Assembly (NCBI GenBank): GCA_964577555.1
Contig: CAZNZM010000001.1
Span: forward strand, 55,178 to 87,177
From: an uncultured archaeon
GTDB lineage: Archaea; Iainarchaeota; Iainarchaeia; Iainarchaeales; Iainarchaeaceae
Direction of reading: 5' to 3'
Length of the DNA: 32,000 bases
Shown here: positions 8,520 to 17,737 of the stretch, in pieces
Position numbering within the stretch: the first letter of the stretch is position 1
How the letters are laid out: each line of letters begins with the position of its first letter
Notes under the pieces: model-generated
Seen by the model: the letters and a program-made list of their open reading frames with translations, nothing else
The model's database searches: none
Told to the model about the DNA's origin: nothing
Made by a program: the position numbers and the translations under genes

Positions 8520-11500
8520 TTGAAAAACCTGTATCAAATCTTGCAAAAATTGATTTTATTGATTTTTTTAACTGTTTTGCCTAGCGTGGCCCATGCAGGA
8601 ATAAGTTGTGGCGATACAAATTTTGTGTGCGTTGTTACAGGCACCAACACTACCTCGGCAAAGTTTGTGGATGGCAATACTTACGTTATAAATGGCGCAG
8701 TTATATTTCAAAACAGCGGAGTGGATTTAAACATAGAACCGGGCGCAGTAATAAAGTTTGTTCCTAGTTCAAGTTCCTTGACAATTACGTCATCTGCAAG
8801 AATTAATGCCAATGGCAATGCAACAAAAAGAATCGTTTTTACATCTTGCAGAGACCAAACAGTAGGAGCAAATACTTCAACCATTCCGTCATGTTCTGGT
8901 AATCCTTTGGACCAGGATTATTCTACTGCAATATCCATAAGCAGCACTGCACAAATGCTTCCTTCTGATTCGCTTAGTTTTATGAGCATAAAATTTGCAA
9001 CAACAGGGATTTCTTTGGCAAAATACATTGGAAGTATTCATGACATCAATTTCAGCAGGTTTGGAAGAAGAACTGGTTCTGGAAATGCAATAGCAATTTC
9101 AACGCAAACAGGCACTGAAATATACAATAATTCCTTTGATATAAATTCAAATAATACTAGTGGAGGAGTAAATGCAATACAAATAAGTTCTGATTACAAT
9201 GGCAGTATTCATGACAACAACTTTAATTCAAGGCTGGCATCATACGGGGTTTATGTAAGCTCAGGAAATTTTACTGGGAGTTTCCACGATAATAATGTCA
9301 CAGCACTTGCTTCGCATGGAATGGTTGTAACAACTTCCAATGATTTTAATTCTTCGATTTATAAAAACAAATTTGATATCAATGGAAACGGCGGGAATTA
9401 TACAGGGGTTTATAGAAGCGGTTCTTTTTATGGGAACATATATGACAACAATTTTGACATTAAAATGAACGCCTTTGGATTTTATACTCTTGGCACGGGA
9501 AATTTTGACGCAAACATTTACCAAAATTCATTTACGGGTTTAAATTTGCCAAGAGGAATAATATTAACCAATTCAGGATATTCAAAAGCAAAAATTTATT
9601 CAAACATATTTGACATGAATGGTTTTACAACTTCTTATGGTTATGCAATACAAATCTCTAACGATTTCAACGGAATTATAAACGACAACAATTTTCACTT
9701 GAAACAATTCATGTATGGAATTTATCATAACGGCGCATCTTTTTACGGAAACGTTGTTGACAACAATTTCGGCTTGGACAGGGCTTATGCAATTTACCAC
9801 AACTCCCCAATAATATATTACAGCGATATTAACCGAAATATTTTCTATTCGAAAACACCGAAATATGCGACTTATGTGAGAACAAATTATGGTTATTCAC
9901 TTTATCAATATAGTACTGGAGGAACATTTCCAGGAAGCTTTTGTGAAAATACTTTCCAGAATTTTTTCAATAATGGGATAGTATATACCAATGGAACTTT
10001 TTCAGGGAGTTTTTGCAAAAACAAAATAACTGACGCAAATATGACAATTCCTTATTTGTTTTATGTTGGAAGCAATTTTTCTGGTTCAATAATTGACAAC
10101 AATTTTTCCAATATGATTGGAAACTATACCAATGCATCATACTTTCTTTTTGGGGAGTCTTACTCTGGAGAAATAAGAAAAAACATTGTATTTGATTTTA
10201 ACAATTTACTTACCACAAGCTATTTTATAAGATTGTCTGGAACTCCTACAACCGGCAACATAACAGACAATAACTTTACCAAAATAGTGGGAACCAGCAG
10301 TTTGTATCTTATAGCATATACAGGCATTGGAACAACTTATACCAATATACAAGACAATAATATGACAAACTTTAGACTGAACGTAACACCATATTATCAA
10401 TCAAGCGGAACAATGGCGGGAACCTTCAGAAGAAATAAAATCAATGACCTTAACACTCTGAACAATGCAGTAATTAACACTAGCGGGGTTTTTTCCGGCG
10501 CTGTTTACGACAATAATTTTTCCAATTTATATAACACAAGAGTTTTTTACCAGTATTTAACCGGTTCTTTTACTGGAGATTTTAACGCAAATATTATTGA
10601 CAATCTTTATTTTTCCACTGGTGGCATTGAAACCATGTCAATTGCAGGCTTTTTTTCTGGAAAGATTTATAGCAACAAAATATCAAATATTACTAATTCA
10701 AACATAATCTATTCCACAGCAAATTTTTCAGGAAGCATATACAACAACAAGATTTCAAACATTACTGGTTCAAACGCAATTTATTCTAACGCTGCTTTTT
10801 CAGGAAATATTTACAATAACTTGTTTGTTAAAAACAACAGCGCCGCGCATTTTATATACCATGCAAGTTCAAACGCTTTTTCCGGAAGCATTTACAATAA
10901 TACATTTACAAACTTCAGAACTGGAACATCTTACGGAGTAAGAAACACAGGCAGTTTTACAGGCAATATATTAAGGAACGTTTTTACTCATGGAAGTGTT
11001 GCTCTTTCAGGAACTTTTTCAGGACAAGTAGGTTATAATGCGTTTTTTTCAATAACAACTATTGGCGGTTCGGCAAACCAACATGTTGGAGACCAAAACA
11101 CCCAAACTGGTTTTTCAAACGACCCTTTTTTGGCTGATAATAGCGACAGAAATTTCTTGTTGAACACTGACAATAATGGAGGACAAAAGCTTGTTAATAC
11201 AGGAAATATTGATTCAACCGAATTCTTCATGAAACGCACAACTTTGAGAAGCAACAAGCTTGACACAGGCATAATTGATTTGGGTTATCACTACGACCAA
11301 AATGCGTTATATGTTATAGTGCAATCGCCTAATGGCGGAGAAATAATTTCAGGAACAGAAAACATAGATTTCAACGTTGAATCCGGCTTTGGTTCAAGCA
11401 ATGAAATATTTGTTACACTTTCATATTCGCCATTCACTTCTGGCGGGACGCAAATAACGAGCAATTCTTTGAATGCATTTGTTTGTTCTTCAGGACCTGT

Positions 11501-14500
11501 TTATGTGTGTTCTTATTCTTGGGATTCTTCTGATATTACTGATGGAAATTATTACATAATTCTGTCGGCAATGTATCAGGATAATAATACAAGCGACTCG
11601 TCAGATCAAAATTTTACTTTGCTTTCAATACCTAAATTTGCCTTGAGAACATATCTTGGTTCAAAGCCGAGAGGATTCTTTACAAAAGGGCAGGACGTGA
11701 ATATAGTAGTTTATACTACTACTGCAAATCCTTTGATAAACATAATAGAAGCAAGAACGGGCAATATTTTGGTTTCAAATGCATCTATGTCACCAACATC
11801 TCCATCTTCGGACATGAATGGTTATGCTTATTCATATAAAGTTGATGGAAATGAAGGGTGGTATGATGCAAGAATTTCAGGCAAGACATTTGAACATATA
11901 TTTTATGTTACAAATGCATGGCAGAACAGGTATGTTGACAATAATGGCATAGTAGTGCCTTTCAGTATACCTGTTGATGTCACAGAACCTGGAAAAGTGC
12001 AAAGATGGTTTGCGCCAATACAATTAAACTTGGATTTTAATTACCTGTCAAACCCAAATGGTGTTAGGGTAATAGATTATAATGGCGACACTTACGTAGA
12101 GATACCAAGCCAAACTTATGATTTGAATTATTCTGGAACTAAAGCTTCTTCAGGCAAAGTCGCTTTCATGGCTTCGTTTGATTTGGGCGAAACAAGGAAT
12201 TTTTTTGCCAATTATTCAAGGCAACAAAACCCAAAAACATATTACCCTGACATGAATCTTTCTTTTATTGACTCAAATTACATTGTGGAAAATTCCTCAC
12301 TGAAAGTTGAAATAGATTTGAACCTTGGAGGAAATGTCACAAGAATATTCAACAAAAAAGGGACTAACACCAACTTGGGCGGAGCCACGCCTTCGGTCCT
12401 TTCGCCTGAATCAAAATCTGGAATATATACTTATACATCATACTCTGTTTCAAATCCAAATTATTCGCTTGATGTGAATGGCGGAATATTCAGCAAAATA
12501 AGGGTTTGGGCAAGAACTGGACAAATGGATTATAACACTACTTACTACTTTTATGCTAAGCAACCTTATTATGAAACAGACATAAATTCAAAGCCTGTGA
12601 GCACGCAAAATTGGAGTTATTATTATGATGATTACAAAGTAATGGATTCGAACAAATTTTTGGTGTTCAGTTATAATTCTGGCGGTTCAGTGACAAATTA
12701 CGATTTGAATAGTAATGGCTCTGGAAGTACTCTTACTTTTGGGGATGCTAATTATTGGGGTGTTTACAACCGGAATACGAGCGATGCATTTGGCACTATG
12801 TTTATTAACAGATACAGCACTACTGGAGAATCAATCAGTTCCAAATTTTATGATGAAACGGATTACGATTATTGGACAAGACAGATGTATTCAGGAATAG
12901 TAACTGAAGCTGATAGATTCAATTCAAGAATAGGACACAACCTTTTCAACCCTTGGAATCGTCTCGGTGACCTTAACTCTGACTTCATTAGCGCAAAATA
13001 CGGCTTGGCAAAAAGCATTGGAACAACGCAAACCAATGATTTGAATGCGCCTGTTTTCGTTGATTGGAATTCAACTCCTTATGATGCAAACGATTCAGCT
13101 GACTTGAATGTTTGGGCTGTTATAAACGACAATTTGCAAGTTGATTATGTTGACATAAATATTTCAGGGCCTAACATAAATATACAAACAAGGCAACAAT
13201 ACAACGACGCAAACATAGTTGCTTATTATGTAATTGACTCAAATACTTTAAATGCGGGCACAATAGACGTAAATTTTAGGGCAACCGACATAGCAAAAAA
13301 TTCAACAATAAAATCTTGGCAAATAAGTGTCAGTGATTTGAAAGCTCCAAAAGTTTGGAAAATTACTCTTACGCCTGACGACAACGCAAGCATAGATCCT
13401 GATTCAAACATAACGTTTGATGCAAACATCAATGAATACACTGGAGTTTCACAAGTAAAATTGTTCATAAGATATTATAACGAAACAACACAAGGATGGA
13501 GCGATTGGAATGCTATAAGTATGAATTTTTCAAGCCAGCCTTCCGATTACAATTACAATTACACTTTGACATATAACATCCCAGCAGATCTGAACAAGCA
13601 TTTCCAATACAAAATATATACAAAAGACACGCAAGGAAACGATGCCAATTCTGATACAAACAACTTTTATGCTTACATAGATTATACTTGGGGGTTAGCT
13701 CCGACAAACTTTGGAACAAAAACAGAAGCTTTGGACGCCAACATAACAATAGGAGACATAAACATAACAAATACTGGTGATGCGCCAATCACATTTTCCA
13801 TAACATCAAATTGGGATCCTGGAAAAAACGTGTTTTTCAATTTACAACCTGGATCAACTCCTTATGAAATAACAGTAAATGCTGGACAAACAGCTTCAGT
13901 AAATACTAAAGTAACCACAAAAACCACTGAAAGGTCAGATTCATTGACAATAACTTTTACTCCAAAAATTTCATCTGCACAGCCTCAGAATGCAACAAGT
14001 TCTGGAACCATAATAAGTTTGGCTGGCGGGCCTTTTATGTTTGTGGAAATACCTACTTACAACCAATCAGTATTGCAAGGAGACACTGGCAAAAGTTACG
14101 TTGCAAAAGTGACAAACAAAGGAAATGAAGACGCTAATAATGTGGTGCTTGCTTGGACTTTGCCGGAAGGTTGGACCATAACTTCTGGAAGTTCTTCTGT
14201 TTCAATATCTACTTTGGGAATAGACGAATACTTATTCAATTCAATTGTTGTAAGCATAAGCGAAAGCGCGCAATCTGGAACAGTGACATTGACTGCTACG
14301 GCAACGCCTGATGGGAACGAATTAAAAACAAGGTCCGAATCTGTTAATGTGGTGGTGGTTTCAACACAAACAAGCCAAGCACCCACATGTAGCGATGGAA
14401 TTCAAAATCATGGGGAAACCGGCATTGACTGCGGAGGCCCTTGTCCGCCATGTGGCGGGGGAGTAGTAGGAACAAGCAGTGCATCAAGCTCGTCAAGCAG

Positions 14501-15839
14501 TTCTGGCGGAGGCGGCGGTGGAAGCATTTTTACAACAGAGGAACAAGTAAGAACTTTTTTCCAAACAGTTGAAAAATTCGAACTTGTAAGGGGAAAAGAC
14601 CAGGAATTCAAAGTAAGAATAAAGAATCCTTTCCCTGACAAAGAATTGAGAAACATAACTGCTGAAGTAACAGGGTTATTGTCAAAATACTTGAACATTG
14701 AAAACCCTGAAATACCATCGCTAAAACCCGACGAAGAAAGCTTTCTAAAAGTGAAAATAGTGGCGCCAAAATACTTTGAACCTGGAAGGCACGAATTGAC
14801 TTTCACAATAAAAGGCGTATTGTCGGTAAAAAAAAGAAACTCGATTGTTGACACTCCATTTACATTCAAAACAAATGTAACTTTATTCATAAGAGACATA
14901 ACAAAAAAAGAGGCTGCGGAAATAATTTCAAAAGCAAAATCAGAAATAGCTGAATTGGTTTCAATGGGTTTGAATGTTTCGGAAATGCGAAATATTCTTG
15001 AAGAGGCGGAAATAAATATAGATGCAAACGAATACGACTTGGCGGCCAACAATGCAAACACCATATTAGCATTGGGCAAAATAGCAAAGGAAGCCGTACA
15101 AGAAATGAAAAAACTTGACGAACTAATCAGCAAAAGCGAAGAAGAAAGGATTGACATTCCAAAAACAAAAAAAATGAGGGAATTGGCAAAACTTGCGCTT
15201 GACAGGGGAGACTTCCAAAATGCGTTGGATGTGCTTAAAGAAGCTCACCTAACACACAGCCTTGAAACAAAAGGCGCTTTCAATTATGGTTATTTCATAA
15301 TGCAAAACAGCTTTGCCATATCAACAGGCGCGATTGCAGGAATACTGTTCTTTATAGTTTCACTAATAAGTTTGAAGAGATTCTCGCTTAAAAACAAAAT
15401 AAAAACACTCAAAGCCGAAGAAAAATTGCTGATTGAACTAATAAAAGAAACCCAACATCAATGCTTTGTTGCTGGAAAAATAAGTATGAACGAGTACCAA
15501 GATGCGTTAAACCATTATGAAAAAAAATTCACGGAAGCAATAGAAAAAATGATTGAAGCTGAAAATGAACTTATAAACCAATTAAACATCAAATCAAAAA
15601 GAACAAAACTGGCTGAAGAAAGGGAAAGAATCTTAAACGAATTGAAAGAAACCCAAAAACAATACTTCAAAGAAGGGTTGATTGAAACAAGAATGTATCA
15701 GGCAAAAATTGAAAATTTGACAAAAAGGCTGAATGAAATAGAAAAAAACATAACATATGAAGAAGCTATAAGTTCAATAAGAAAAAACAGTGGTTGGTTA
15801 AGCATCTTCTGGAGGGTTTATTATAAAATCTTCAAATAA
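8520..15839 (+). CDS. giant secreted surface protein: signal peptide, parallel beta-helix repeats, Ig-like/COG1361-like domains, Cys-rich motif and Ser/Gly linker, helical stalk, one TM, cytoplasmic coiled coil (TTG start)
   Basis: 2439-aa ORF starting MKNLYQILQKLILLIFLTVLPSVAHA; repeated G.IYNN.F units; PNGGEIISGTENIDFNV (Ig-like); CSDGIQNHGETGIDCGGPCPPC; SSASSSSSSGGGGGGS linker; AISTGAIAGILFFIVSLISL TM; charged coiled-coil tail. Confidence 0.93.
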   Translation: MKNLYQILQKLILLIFLTVLPSVAHAGISCGDTNFVCVVTGTNTTSAKFVDGNTYVINGAVIFQNSGVDLNIEPGAVIKFVPSSSSLTITSSARINANGNATKRIVFTSCRDQTVGANTSTIPSCSGNPLDQDYSTAISISSTAQMLPSDSLSFMSIKFATTGISLAKYIGSIHDINFSRFGRRTGSGNAIAISTQTGTEIYNNSFDINSNNTSGGVNAIQISSDYNGSIHDNNFNSRLASYGVYVSSGNFTGSFHDNNVTALASHGMVVTTSNDFNSSIYKNKFDINGNGGNYTGVYRSGSFYGNIYDNNFDIKMNAFGFYTLGTGNFDANIYQNSFTGLNLPRGIILTNSGYSKAKIYSNIFDMNGFTTSYGYAIQISNDFNGIINDNNFHLKQFMYGIYHNGASFYGNVVDNNFGLDRAYAIYHNSPIIYYSDINRNIFYSKTPKYATYVRTNYGYSLYQYSTGGTFPGSFCENTFQNFFNNGIVYTNGTFSGSFCKNKITDANMTIPYLFYVGSNFSGSIIDNNFSNMIGNYTNASYFLFGESYSGEIRKNIVFDFNNLLTTSYFIRLSGTPTTGNITDNNFTKIVGTSSLYLIAYTGIGTTYTNIQDNNMTNFRLNVTPYYQSSGTMAGTFRRNKINDLNTLNNAVINTSGVFSGAVYDNNFSNLYNTRVFYQYLTGSFTGDFNANIIDNLYFSTGGIETMSIAGFFSGKIYSNKISNITNSNIIYSTANFSGSIYNNKISNITGSNAIYSNAAFSGNIYNNLFVKNNSAAHFIYHASSNAFSGSIYNNTFTNFRTGTSYGVRNTGSFTGNILRNVFTHGSVALSGTFSGQVGYNAFFSITTIGGSANQHVGDQNTQTGFSNDPFLADNSDRNFLLNTDNNGGQKLVNTGNIDSTEFFMKRTTLRSNKLDTGIIDLGYHYDQNALYVIVQSPNGGEIISGTENIDFNVESGFGSSNEIFVTLSYSPFTSGGTQITSNSLNAFVCSSGPVYVCSYSWDSSDITDGNYYIILSAMYQDNNTSDSSDQNFTLLSIPKFALRTYLGSKPRGFFTKGQDVNIVVYTTTANPLINIIEARTGNILVSNASMSPTSPSSDMNGYAYSYKVDGNEGWYDARISGKTFEHIFYVTNAWQNRYVDNNGIVVPFSIPVDVTEPGKVQRWFAPIQLNLDFNYLSNPNGVRVIDYNGDTYVEIPSQTYDLNYSGTKASSGKVAFMASFDLGETRNFFANYSRQQNPKTYYPDMNLSFIDSNYIVENSSLKVEIDLNLGGNVTRIFNKKGTNTNLGGATPSVLSPESKSGIYTYTSYSVSNPNYSLDVNGGIFSKIRVWARTGQMDYNTTYYFYAKQPYYETDINSKPVSTQNWSYYYDDYKVMDSNKFLVFSYNSGGSVTNYDLNSNGSGSTLTFGDANYWGVYNRNTSDAFGTMFINRYSTTGESISSKFYDETDYDYWTRQMYSGIVTEADRFNSRIGHNLFNPWNRLGDLNSDFISAKYGLAKSIGTTQTNDLNAPVFVDWNSTPYDANDSADLNVWAVINDNLQVDYVDINISGPNINIQTRQQYNDANIVAYYVIDSNTLNAGTIDVNFRATDIAKNSTIKSWQISVSDLKAPKVWKITLTPDDNASIDPDSNITFDANINEYTGVSQVKLFIRYYNETTQGWSDWNAISMNFSSQPSDYNYNYTLTYNIPADLNKHFQYKIYTKDTQGNDANSDTNNFYAYIDYTWGLAPTNFGTKTEALDANITIGDINITNTGDAPITFSITSNWDPGKNVFFNLQPGSTPYEITVNAGQTASVNTKVTTKTTERSDSLTITFTPKISSAQPQNATSSGTIISLAGGPFMFVEIPTYNQSVLQGDTGKSYVAKVTNKGNEDANNVVLAWTLPEGWTITSGSSSVSISTLGIDEYLFNSIVVSISESAQSGTVTLTATATPDGNELKTRSESVNVVVVSTQTSQAPTCSDGIQNHGETGIDCGGPCPPCGGGVVGTSSASSSSSSSGGGGGGSIFTTEEQVRTFFQTVEKFELVRGKDQEFKVRIKNPFPDKELRNITAEVTGLLSKYLNIENPEIPSLKPDEESFLKVKIVAPKYFEPGRHELTFTIKGVLSVKKRNSIVDTPFTFKTNVTLFIRDITKKEAAEIISKAKSEIAELVSMGLNVSEMRNILEEAEINIDANEYDLAANNANTILALGKIAKEAVQEMKKLDELISKSEEERIDIPKTKKMRELAKLALDRGDFQNALDVLKEAHLTHSLETKGAFNYGYFIMQNSFAISTGAIAGILFFIVSLISLKRFSLKNKIKTLKAEEKLLIELIKETQHQCFVAGKISMNEYQDALNHYEKKFTEAIEKMIEAENELINQLNIKSKRTKLAEERERILNELKETQKQYFKEGLIETRMYQAKIENLTKRLNEIEKNITYEEAISSIRKNSGWLSIFWRVYYKIFK
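8800..11150 (+). repeat. parallel beta-helix coding repeats within the giant ORF; one clean stretch has about a 24-aa (72-nt) period
   Basis: For example NKISNITNSNIIYSTANFSGSIYN / NKISNITGSNAIYSNAAFSGNIYN encoded around 10675-10820, with dozens of diverged FxGxIYxNxF units either side. Outer boundaries approximate. Confidence 0.8.
14388..14525 (+). other. six-cysteine motif followed by Ser/Gly low-complexity linker inside the giant surface protein
   Basis: Translation CSDGIQNHGETGIDCGGPCPPCGGGVVGTSSASSSSSSSGGGGGGS. Confidence 0.85.
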
Positions 15840-15855
15840 ACAAAAAGCCAGAAAT

Positions 15856-16782
15856 TTGCTTTTAATAATCGCGTTTATCGCAATTCAAATACTAATCATT
15901 AACATTATAACTGCTGAAAAAACTGAATTGCAAGACAATAATTCCGAAACGGTTCCAGATTTTAATGCAGAAGAATTGGGAATAGTAAAGTCGGCAAAAC
16001 AAGAAATCTTTAATGCTGAAAACAAAATAAGAGACATGAAAAGAAAAGGATTGCCTACAGGCAGGGCTTTAGACTTGTTGACTATAGCTAAATTAAACCT
16101 TGATTTTGCAATTGAAAAATCCAATTTGACAAAACAAAACCCTGATCTTTTCCAATACAGGGAAAAAATGAAAGACTTTAAAAAAGTAAGCGAAATGGCT
16201 TATAAAGTCAAAGACGAATTAGTGTCTCTTAGAAAAAGGATTGATGAATCAAAAAATCTTCCTCAAATAGAAAGCGTGGAAAATCTTTACAAGCAAGCCG
16301 AATCGGAGTTTTTTGACGAAAGATTTGAAAGAACAATTGATATTATTTCTGAAGCTGACAAAAAATTGGTTGAATTATCCTCCCTGCAAACAAGAATTGA
16401 AGCAATTTATGAAGCGGCGTCAGCCAATATAATCGCGATTGCAAAAAAATATCAAACTGAAATACTGATAGGTATAATACTGCCTCTTATTATTGGAATA
16501 ATTTTTAGGCAACAAATAAAAATGATCCAAATACAACAAAAAATCAAAAGCCTTGAATTGGAAAAGAAAATTTTGAACGAGGAAAAAAAGAAAGCCCAAA
16601 ACAACTACTTTGTCAAAGGTTCTATACCTGAAAATGTTTATAAAAGCAAAATGCAGGTTTATAGCGATATGGAAAGGGAGATTACAAGAGAATTAGCAGT
16701 ATTAAAAGAAGAAGAGCATAAATTAAATATTAAAAAAGATAATAATAAAGGCCAAAAACTACTAATAAAAAAAGTGAAGTGA
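15856..16782 (+). CDS. two-TM membrane protein with extracytoplasmic helical domain and cytoplasmic coiled coil (TTG start)
   Basis: 308 aa; N-terminal MLLIIAFIAIQILIINIITA, helical region, TM EILIGIILPLIIGIIF, then charged helix KSLELEKKILNEEKKKAQNNYFVKGSIPENVYKSKMQVYSDMEREI; 16 nt after the giant gene stop. Confidence 0.85.
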   Translation: MLLIIAFIAIQILIINIITAEKTELQDNNSETVPDFNAEELGIVKSAKQEIFNAENKIRDMKRKGLPTGRALDLLTIAKLNLDFAIEKSNLTKQNPDLFQYREKMKDFKKVSEMAYKVKDELVSLRKRIDESKNLPQIESVENLYKQAESEFFDERFERTIDIISEADKKLVELSSLQTRIEAIYEAASANIIAIAKKYQTEILIGIILPLIIGIIFRQQIKMIQIQQKIKSLELEKKILNEEKKKAQNNYFVKGSIPENVYKSKMQVYSDMEREITRELAVLKEEEHKLNIKKDNNKGQKLLIKKVK

Positions 16783-17699
16783 GTATGATAGATATAAAAA
16801 AACTTTTGTTCGGCGGCAATAAAAACAATGATAAAAACGTGCAAAATAAAGCCGACAAGAAAGAAAATAATAATGTTAAAACAAATAATGCGGGAGAAAA
16901 TAAGAGTGAAAATAAGCAGGAAATCGAATCAAAGCGGGAAAAATATTTTAAAACTGGAATTCCGGGCATGGATGAATTGATGACAAGAGGTATACCTTGG
17001 GGTTCTGCGGTTATAGTTGAAGGTGGTCCTGGTTCAGGAAAAACGCTTTTTTGCCTTCAAGCAGGAATGAATGCGTGCAAAAGAGGGCTTAAAGTTCTTT
17101 ATATGAGTTTTGAAGAAAAGGAGGAAAGTTTGAGAGACCACATGAGAATGTTCGGGCACAACCCTGAAGAGTATGAAAAAAAAGGTTTGTTAATGATAAA
17201 AAGGTTTAATGCTCTCGATATTGCAAGAAGCGTGGAAGCTTTGTTGAGCGAAGCCAAAAAAGAATTGCTTATAGACGTGGAAGTTGTTTTGATACCCCAA
17301 AATTACAAGCCTGATTTGGTTTTGATAGACTCTTTGACTTCTATATCCTCCGCTTTCAGTGGGGAAGAATACAGGTTCAGGATATACATGGAACAAATGT
17401 TCAGGTATTTGGAAAAAAACAACATAACTTCATTACTAATAAGGGAAACCCCTAAACCTACCCATACTGGCACTGATGGAACTGCCGAAGGTGGAGAAGC
17501 AATAAGCTTTCTTTCAGATGGAATAATAGTTATTTACAATGTGCTTTACAGCAATGGGGAAAGAGGCAGGGCTCTTGAAATTTTTAAATTGAGAGGGGAA
17601 AACTTCAAAAGACGCTTAGTGGAACTCACAATAACAGATAAAGAAGGCATCAGGGTTTATCCTGACAAAGTAATAAAAGGAAAATATACCTTAACATAA
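16779..17699 (+). CDS. single-domain KaiC-like (RecA superfamily) ATPase with N-terminal low-complexity linker (GTG start)
   Basis: 306 aa; FKTGIPGMDELMTRGIPWGSAVIVEGGPGSGKTLFCLQAG, MSFEEKEESL, KPDLVLIDSLTSI; GTG start overlaps the preceding TGA (GTGA, 4 nt). Confidence 0.93.
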   Translation: MSMIDIKKLLFGGNKNNDKNVQNKADKKENNNVKTNNAGENKSENKQEIESKREKYFKTGIPGMDELMTRGIPWGSAVIVEGGPGSGKTLFCLQAGMNACKRGLKVLYMSFEEKEESLRDHMRMFGHNPEEYEKKGLLMIKRFNALDIARSVEALLSEAKKELLIDVEVVLIPQNYKPDLVLIDSLTSISSAFSGEEYRFRIYMEQMFRYLEKNNITSLLIRETPKPTHTGTDGTAEGGEAISFLSDGIIVIYNVLYSNGERGRALEIFKLRGENFKRRLVELTITDKEGIRVYPDKVIKGKYTLT

Positions 17700-17709
17700 A
17701 ATAAATAGG

Positions 17710-17725
17710 TTGCCCAAAAGGGCAA
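17710..17725. terminator. hairpin TTGCCC-AAAA-GGGCAA between convergent genes
   Basis: Perfect 6-bp stem with 4-nt loop inside the 38-bp gap between the KaiC-like gene and the 17738 gene. Confidence 0.5.
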
Positions 17726-17737
17726 AAAATCGAATTA

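Noticed and set aside
8333-8584. 83-aa + strand ORF overlapping hel308 start and the giant gene signal peptide
   Set aside because: Overlaps two well-supported genes in other frames and has no domain signal.
14408-15157. 249-aa minus-strand ORF antisense to the giant surface gene
   Set aside because: Ser/Phe-rich shadow ORF of a clearly protein-like sense frame encoding the coiled-coil stalk; no domain features of its own.
8520-17699. Archaellum or type IV pilus locus
   Set aside because: KaiC-like ATPase is present, but no ArlI/PilB secretion ATPase, ArlJ/PilC platform protein, pilins or prepilin peptidase are found in the window.
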